Assembly (NCBI GenBank): GCA_963850305.1
Contig: CAWKKR010000002.1
Coordinates: forward strand, 119,761 to 183,760
DNA from: an uncultured delta proteobacterium
GTDB lineage: Bacteria; Myxococcota_A; Polyangia; Polyangiales; Polyangiaceae
Direction of reading: 5' to 3'
Length of the DNA: 64,000 nucleotides
Shown here: one piece after another, positions 58,692 to 64,000 of the stretch
Layout: every line of letters starts with the position of its first letter
How positions within the stretch are numbered: position 1 is the stretch's first letter
Notes under the pieces: model-generated
Databases searched by the model: none
Told to the model about the DNA's origin: nothing
What the model saw: the letters and a program-made list of their open reading frames with translations, nothing else
Position numbers and translations under genes: made by a program

Positions 58692-59480
58692 TCACCACTC
58701 GATGCGGTGCCCGTCACGAAAGAATCCCCCGGTCGGACCGTCGTCGGCGAGAAGCGCTGCCCAGGTGATGCTGCGTGCGCCCTGTTCGAGCGAGCGCGGC
58801 GCGCCCGGTCCGCCCATGTCCGTCCGCACCCACCCCGGACACGCCGCGTTGACCAGGATCCGCCGCGGCGCGAGTTCCGTCGCGACGATTCGTGTCAGCG
58901 CGTTCATCGCAGCCTTCGAGACTCGGTACGCCGACGTCGGCCACCCGCGCTCCGTGTGGCGCCCTTCCCGGACGTCATTCACGAACTCGTCGACGAGCGC
59001 GACGAGCTGCGCACGGGTGAGATCCGGGCTCAGGAACCTATCCTGCAGCTCCCGCGAAAATGCGCCCAGCGAGCCCATCCCGCTCGACACCATCACGACG
59101 CGCCCGCCACCGCGCAACGCCGGTGCGAGCACGTCCGTGACGCGCAACGCGCCCCCGAAATTCACCGCCGTCGTCCGTGCGGCCACGCTGACGTCGAAGC
59201 CGCGCATAGAGATGCCCGCGTTGTTCACCAGCACATCGAGCGGCTCGCCCCGCGCGGCTAGCCGCTCCGCGGTCGACACGACGCTCGCGTCATCCGCGAC
59301 GTCGAGCTGTTCGAACGTAGCCTCGATGCCCTCCCGTCGTAGAAGAGCCACCGCGGCCCTCCCCTCCTCTTCTCCGCGGCTCGTTAGCACCAACCGCATC
59401 CCCGAGCGTCCGAGTTGCCGGCACGTCTCCAGTCCGAGCCCCCGGTTTGCTCCCGTCACCAAGGCCACGCGCGACATCAC
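58692..59480 (-). CDS. SDR-family oxidoreductase (carbonyl reductase-like)
   Basis: TGANRGLG, NNAG, YRVSK and CPGWVRTDMGG motifs. Confidence 0.93.
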   Translation of the reverse strand: MMSRVALVTGANRGLGLETCRQLGRSGMRLVLTSRGEEEGRAAVALLRREGIEATFEQLDVADDASVVSTAERLAARGEPLDVLVNNAGISMRGFDVSVAARTTAVNFGGALRVTDVLAPALRGGGRVVMVSSGMGSLGAFSRELQDRFLSPDLTRAQLVALVDEFVNDVREGRHTERGWPTSAYRVSKAAMNALTRIVATELAPRRILVNAACPGWVRTDMGGPGAPRSLEQGARSITWAALLADDGPTGGFFRDGHRIEW

Positions 59481-59634
59481 GTTCCGGATTATGCCTCGCT
59501 GGCGGCAGGGCCGCCCCTAGGCCGCCCGAGTTTCCGATTTCGGCCCAGCGAACGCGGTCGAAGCCCCAGGAGTCCCTCGTTTCTCTTGAATTGCGCCCCC
59601 CGGGTCGTGCTATTACCCCGCGGCTTGCCGCTTC

Positions 59635-59709
<75 letters not shown>

Positions 59710-59725
59710 AAAATATCACGAGCGA

Positions 59726-59738
59726 GATCAAGTACTTA
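59726..59738 (+). promoter_or_regulatory. IHF-like site in the att region
   Basis: GATCAAGTACTTA versus consensus WATCAANNNNTTR (one mismatch), between the tRNA and the integrase. Confidence 0.45.
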
Positions 59739-59842
59739 GGACCGCGCGCCGAGACGCCGGTCGCCTTCACGAGAGACGCGATGTAGTACCGGCGTAGTAA
59801 GCCGCCGGGCCTGGTGCCGACGGTCTGACCGGAGGCATCGCG

Positions 59843-61054
59843 ATGGGCACCGTCTACAACCGCGGGTCGAAGCACAGTCCGAAGTGGTGGATTGGCTACA
59901 AGGACCGCGACGGCGAGTGGAAGTACGGCCCCTCGAACCAGCCGACGAAGGAGCAGGCCCGCCGCTACCTCGTCCAGGTCGAGGGCAACGTCGCCGGGGA
60001 CCGGGTAGGCATCGAGCCGGTCGGGACGGCGCTCCTCTGCGGATCCCTCCTGGACGACTGGAGCAAGGGCCTCACGAACCGGAACGCGGCCGACGACCGG
60101 TACCGCCTCGAGAATCACCTCCGGCCGGCGTTTGGCGACACGCGGATCCGAGACATCAGTCTCGGCACCATCATGGCTTGGCTCGAGGCCCAGCGGGACG
60201 GCACGGCCCCCCGCAAGGTGAAGAAGCCGAAGGCGACGAAGGTCGCGGCGGGATTCGCAGCCCCCAAGGCGAAGCCGAAGGAGCCCGCGCGACTCGCGGA
60301 CGGGAGCATCCGGCACAACCTGAACCTACTCTCTCGGTTCCTCGGCTGGTGCGTCGAGCGCGGCCACGCGGAGCACAACCCGACGAGAGACATCCCGCAG
60401 GGCAAGCGCCCTGCTCAGGCCATCAAGAGGGACGTCCCGTGGCTCGACGACGACGAGAAGGTCGTCGAGCTCATGAAGGCGCTCCCCGAGCACATCGCGC
60501 TCATGTTCTACCTTGCAACCGGTGCGGCCTGCGTACGGGCGAGGTCGCGGGGCTCAAGATCTCCGACCTCGCCGATTCTCGCCAAGGGCACCATCCGCGT
60601 GCGGTACAGCTATGACGGCCCGCTGAAGGAGGACAAGCAGGGGGTCGGCAAAGTGAAGTGGGTCCCCGCGCCCGACGACGCGGAGACCGTGTTCGAGAAG
60701 CACATGGCCGCTCGGAAGGCTGCCAAAGCCGAGCCCGAGGACTTCCTGTTTGCATGCGCGAACCGGGAAGGCAGCTTCTACCGGAAAGAGTTCATCGAGA
60801 AGGCGTGGGAGGTCGCTACGGCGAAGTGCGGCGTCGAGCTGACCTGGTACGAGGCCACCCGTCACAGCTTCGTCAGTCGCACGCTGACCAACGGCGCGAC
60901 GCTGGACGAGGTCAGCGCCGCCGTGGGGCACTCGTCGCCCATCGTGACCCGCCGCTACTACGACCACTTCGTCCGGAAAGAGTTCTCCGACAAGCTGCGC
61001 GCGGGGCTCGGATTCAACGCGAAGCCGAAGGCTAAGAAGCGCAAGGCGGGCTAG
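59843..61054 (+). CDS. Tyrosine recombinase / phage integrase (about 20 codons out of frame at ~60515-60577)
   Basis: GGAGG RBS; YEATRHSF, VGHSS and TRRYY motifs. The first catalytic Arg motif GLRTGE appears in a neighbouring frame. Confidence 0.9.
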   Translation: MGTVYNRGSKHSPKWWIGYKDRDGEWKYGPSNQPTKEQARRYLVQVEGNVAGDRVGIEPVGTALLCGSLLDDWSKGLTNRNAADDRYRLENHLRPAFGDTRIRDISLGTIMAWLEAQRDGTAPRKVKKPKATKVAAGFAAPKAKPKEPARLADGSIRHNLNLLSRFLGWCVERGHAEHNPTRDIPQGKRPAQAIKRDVPWLDDDEKVVELMKALPEHIALMFYLATGAACVRARSRGSRSPTSPILAKGTIRVRYSYDGPLKEDKQGVGKVKWVPAPDDAETVFEKHMAARKAAKAEPEDFLFACANREGSFYRKEFIEKAWEVATAKCGVELTWYEATRHSFVSRTLTNGATLDEVSAAVGHSSPIVTRRYYDHFVRKEFSDKLRAGLGFNAKPKAKKRKAG

Positions 61055-61318
61055 AATCACGGCATGGCCAACCTGAAATTCCCAGGCCCCTTGCAGCCTC
61101 GAACGCGCGTCGCGGGCCCTGCGCCGGTGACGTCGAACCCTCCGCCCATTGATCAGCAGTACGCAGGAGCAATGCGACAGAGCGACAAGGGAACCCTGGC
61201 CAACGTTCCCGAGCGGTCGCCGTACCCGGGCTCCGGCATGCCGGGCGAGCCTTGGGAGCCCCACGGCTCCGGCCTCTCCGCATCCGCCGCGACGGCTGAC
61301 TCCCAGTGTGGTCGCTCG

Positions 61319-61903
61319 TTACTTCACCAATTCGTACCATTCATCGGCTGGGCCCGCGCAATCCACCTGCGCAAATCCCAACTGCAGCAGCTTCGTTCGA
61401 TACTTTTTTACGAACCTGTGGAGACTGGTTCGCGAGCACGTATCGTCTTCAAGGACCAGTCCTTCGTTGTTGTTGCCGGCGGTGGAGATGCTCTGGAATG
61501 ACCAACCTCCGTGGTCGGCCATGTACGCGTCGGCCTTGTCGGCGAAACGAACGCGTTCGCCGGCCGCAGCGGCTAGTTTCTCTTGCTCGGGATCGGGTTG
61601 CGGCTCGGCTGGTACGGCAGGCGCCAGCGCCTGCCCGAGGACCGCATTGAATCTCTGATCTTCCTCGACCTGCTTCTCCGCTGCGCGTTGCTCGTCTGCG
61701 GCTTCTCGCTGGGCATGTACTTCCTTTTGGCGCCGTTCCTCTTCTTGCCGCTCCTCCTTCGCCTGAGCGGCTCTATCTCGCGCTTCATCTGCAGCGAGCT
61801 TGCGTTCCGCCTCGTCCAGCGGGTCAACGGCGCGCTTGGTGCTGAAGGAAACCGTGCAGCCAGCCAAGCCACCGAGAACCGCGGCAGCGGCGAAAATCCA
61901 CAT
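61319..61903 (-). CDS. Hypothetical lipoprotein with a coiled-coil stalk
   Basis: Lipobox LAGC; E/R/A/K-rich helix; small C-terminal domain with two Cys. Confidence 0.65.
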   Translation of the reverse strand: MWIFAAAAVLGGLAGCTVSFSTKRAVDPLDEAERKLAADEARDRAAQAKEERQEEERRQKEVHAQREAADEQRAAEKQVEEDQRFNAVLGQALAPAVPAEPQPDPEQEKLAAAAGERVRFADKADAYMADHGGWSFQSISTAGNNNEGLVLEDDTCSRTSLHRFVKKYRTKLLQLGFAQVDCAGPADEWYELVK

Positions 61904-61918
61904 TTACGTGCCGGAGGA

Positions 61919-62722
61919 TCACGGCTCCGTCTCTTTCGCTGCGGAAACGAAGGAGGATGGGGGAACGTCCGCACCCACGTAGAAGAGTGTTGACCCTGCG
62001 GAAGACACGGAGACGCACGACGCTCCCGACTTAACGTAGTAGGTCGCGCCCACAAACGAGGCACCAATCTGGTAGATCGCCGCGCCCGGTACGCATGCGC
62101 CGGAGAGGAGGCGAGTCACGTACGTCGGCACAGACCCGCCGCACGCGCTCCCCACCGCGACGACCTCTTGCGTGCAGCCTGGGTCCGCGAAGGACGTCCC
62201 GGTGACATAGCCGCCCGAGCTACCAGGCAAACACCGCGTCACTCCGTCCTCAGCGACCCCGAATCCGCAGGCTTCGCCGCGTTGCGAATCGTACCAGCCC
62301 AGCCACTGTCGAGAGCCGTCGCTGCCGGCGAGGTATTGCGCTTTGAGACGCGTCCCGCTTGCGGTCTCGTCCGCTCGCGCATCCCTGATCGGGTGGAGGA
62401 TTGCGTCGACGAATCCAGCCGCGTCGCGCGACGATCCGTCGCGTAAGGTCCCGCCGTTGCCGGCGCTGGCGTCGCGGGTGCCTCCAGCTGCCCCCGAGGC
62501 TCCGGCTCCGCCAGGTAAGCCCCCACCGCTGGTCGTTCCTCCTCGTGAAGCGTCCGTCCCCGTCGAGATCGACGCGAAGCCCGCGGTCTCAGCGCTCGCG
62601 CCTCCGTTTCCGAGGGTCGTCCTTCTAGGGGGGCCATCGGCGGCGGAGCTACATGCCGCGAGGATGACGTAGATGGTCGCACTTCCCGCGAGCAGTTTTC
62701 CGACTTCGAGTGGTCTCAGCAT
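61919..62722 (-). CDS. Hypothetical Gly/Cys-rich lipoprotein
   Basis: AAGGGG RBS; lipobox LAAC; SGTRLKAQY...WYDSQRGEAC...DGVTRCLP domain. Confidence 0.78.
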   Translation of the reverse strand: MLRPLEVGKLLAGSATIYVILAACSSAADGPPRRTTLGNGGASAETAGFASISTGTDASRGGTTSGGGLPGGAGASGAAGGTRDASAGNGGTLRDGSSRDAAGFVDAILHPIRDARADETASGTRLKAQYLAGSDGSRQWLGWYDSQRGEACGFGVAEDGVTRCLPGSSGGYVTGTSFADPGCTQEVVAVGSACGGSVPTYVTRLLSGACVPGAAIYQIGASFVGATYYVKSGASCVSVSSAGSTLFYVGADVPPSSFVSAAKETEP

Positions 62723-62832
62723 GGCGGTTCCCCTTCTTTGATGCGCGCCGCCGCTACGGCAGGGGCGCGACCCCCGAGCATGCACTGCTAGCAGTGTGTT
62801 TTCAATCGATCGCACGGCCATGAAGGGCCGCG

Positions 62833-63138
62833 ATGGCACAGGCACGGGCGCGAAGGACGGATCGCGCTGCCAGTACGAGAGCGCCAGCGTTCCGAGAGTG
62901 GATGGGCCGGATCGCCGCTAATGTCCGTCGGTTACGGGACGTGAGAAGTTGGACGCAGGAGGAAGCGTCGGAAGCGTGCGGCCTGGGCTTCCAGCACTTC
63001 CAAACGATCGAGTCGGCGCGAAGCAATCTGACGATAACGACGTTGGCGCGCCTCTCGAAGGGGTTCGATGTCGATCCGCAAGAGCTCCTCGTCCCCGCAC
63101 CACGTCCGAAGAAGCGGCGACCAGGCCGCCCGAGTTAG
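62833..63138 (+). CDS. XRE-family helix-turn-helix regulator
   Basis: NVRRLRDVRSWTQEEASEACGL...IESARSNLTITTLARLSKGFDVDPQELL. Confidence 0.9.
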   Translation: MAQARARRTDRAASTRAPAFREWMGRIAANVRRLRDVRSWTQEEASEACGLGFQHFQTIESARSNLTITTLARLSKGFDVDPQELLVPAPRPKKRRPGRPS

Positions 63139-63778
63139 TAACCCAGTCCTCCGCCCTTGCCGGGCAACCCATGGTAGGATCTGCGAGACCGTGCTTCTTG
63201 AGCGCGGCCTGGTATGCGTCGCGGTCCTGTCGGACCTTCTCCGCCTGCTGGCGGCCGCGTTCCTGACCAGCCCTGAACTGCTCCTCCCTACGAGCCGCGT
63301 CGGGATCTGCAGGACCCGCGTGCAAGGGCTTCCGGCCCGGCGAGGCCGGCGGGGGAAGATGCGCGTCGAGCGTGCCGGTATCCCTGCTCGGCGCAACGGC
63401 GCTCGCCCCAATGCGGTGCAGCTCTTCCGCGATGACGTCGTAGATGGGAAAGCCGGCGAGCACCTTGCCCCGACGGACCCAGTCGGCGTGCTTGTTCGCG
63501 ATCACGTTCGCGCCCTTGATGTAGTCCAGCTCGGAGACCTCGTTCCCGCGGCCCTTGGCCTCGACGGCGCGCTCGTACCAGAGGTCCTGACACACGACGA
63601 GGTGCGCCGCGATCTCCTCCTTCCGCGCCCGCCTGGCCTCGGCTTCGGTGACGGCGCGGACCTCCGCCGACAGCGCGGCGTTCTTGGCGACTCTGGCCGC
63701 GAGGCTCCCCGCCGGGGTGCCGGAGGGCAGCGTCCGCACGGTGCGGCCCACCTGCACGCGTTCTGATTTCTTACTCAT
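62918..63778 (-). CDS. Hypothetical protein of the integrated element (true 3' end may be near 63135)
   Basis: GGAGA RBS and a protein-like first ~210 aa; the last ~70 codons overlap the XRE gene antisense. Confidence 0.6.
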   Translation of the reverse strand: MSKKSERVQVGRTVRTLPSGTPAGSLAARVAKNAALSAEVRAVTEAEARRARKEEIAAHLVVCQDLWYERAVEAKGRGNEVSELDYIKGANVIANKHADWVRRGKVLAGFPIYDVIAEELHRIGASAVAPSRDTGTLDAHLPPPASPGRKPLHAGPADPDAARREEQFRAGQERGRQQAEKVRQDRDAYQAALKKHGLADPTMGCPARAEDWVTNSGGLVAASSDVVRGRGALADRHRTPSRGAPTSLSSDCFAPTRSFGSAGSPGRTLPTLPPASNFSRPVTDGH

Positions 63779-63790
63779 GATCGATGTCTC

Positions 63791-64000
63791 CTATCGAACC
63801 TGAAAATCAAAACCTCTGATGATGCCCCCGCGCGGGCGCTGCTCACGCGCCCGGATGGCCTCCACCGCGACGAGCAGCGCCGCCATGCGGTCGCCGCAGT
63901 GCTCCTCGAACGAGAACGAGAGGATCTCTTGCGCGAGCCGTTTCATCTGCGGGTCGAGGCCGCCCGACTGCCGCAGCGACCAGCGCCCGCCCGAGAGCTC
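63791..64000 (-). CDS. 3' end of a probable terminase large subunit (partial)
   Basis: Manual translation: ELSGGRWSLRQSGGLDPQMKRLAQEILSFSFEEHCGDRMAALLVAVEAIR...FQVR*. This resembles the E-x-x-x-F...H-x-x-D-x-x-x-A end of TerL RNase H-like nuclease domains. Confidence 0.45.
   Translation of the reverse strand, partial: ELSGGRWSLRQSGGLDPQMKRLAQEILSFSFEEHCGDRMAALLVAVEAIRAREQRPRGGIIRGFDFQVR

Noticed and set aside
61064..61501. 145-aa ORF after the integrase
   Set aside because: No recognisable motif, and its 3' end overlaps the opposite-strand lipoprotein by ~180 bp; it cannot be supported.

Overview
This is a high-GC chromosomal window. Its gene content (many Cys-rich lipoproteins, Hanks-type kinases, FHA and PEGA proteins) points to a myxobacterium of the Polyangiaceae/Sorangium type; this is an inference. 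About 59.6 kb is core or accessory chromosome. It includes TRAP permeases, a VKOR-DsbA/TlpA disulfide operon, a Lon paralog, hisB-hisA, pgsA, a lone fliQ/sctS homolog, epmA, apt, surE, bolA, hemH, sthA, an L,D-transpeptidase, a GspE/PilB-type ATPase, fetAB-like genes with an NCS2 permease, an FHA + MBL pair and an SDR. From tRNA-Asp(GTC) at 59635 to the window end lies the left part of an integrated element: tyrosine integrase, two lipoproteins, an XRE regulator and a probable terminase C-terminus. The most notable signals are: (1) a candidate sigma54-driven ~58-nt hairpin RNA with a C-rich anti-Shine-Dalgarno-like loop; (2) a full-length Lon with an intact AAA+ module but no catalytic serine; (3) a ~650-bp array of 21-bp units with 63- and 84-bp higher-order repeats; (4) a membrane-anchored orphan GspE-type ATPase; (5) an EpmA with an extra OB-fold-like N-terminus. 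Several single-base frameshifts look like assembly errors. All product calls come from recognising motifs by eye; no searches were run.
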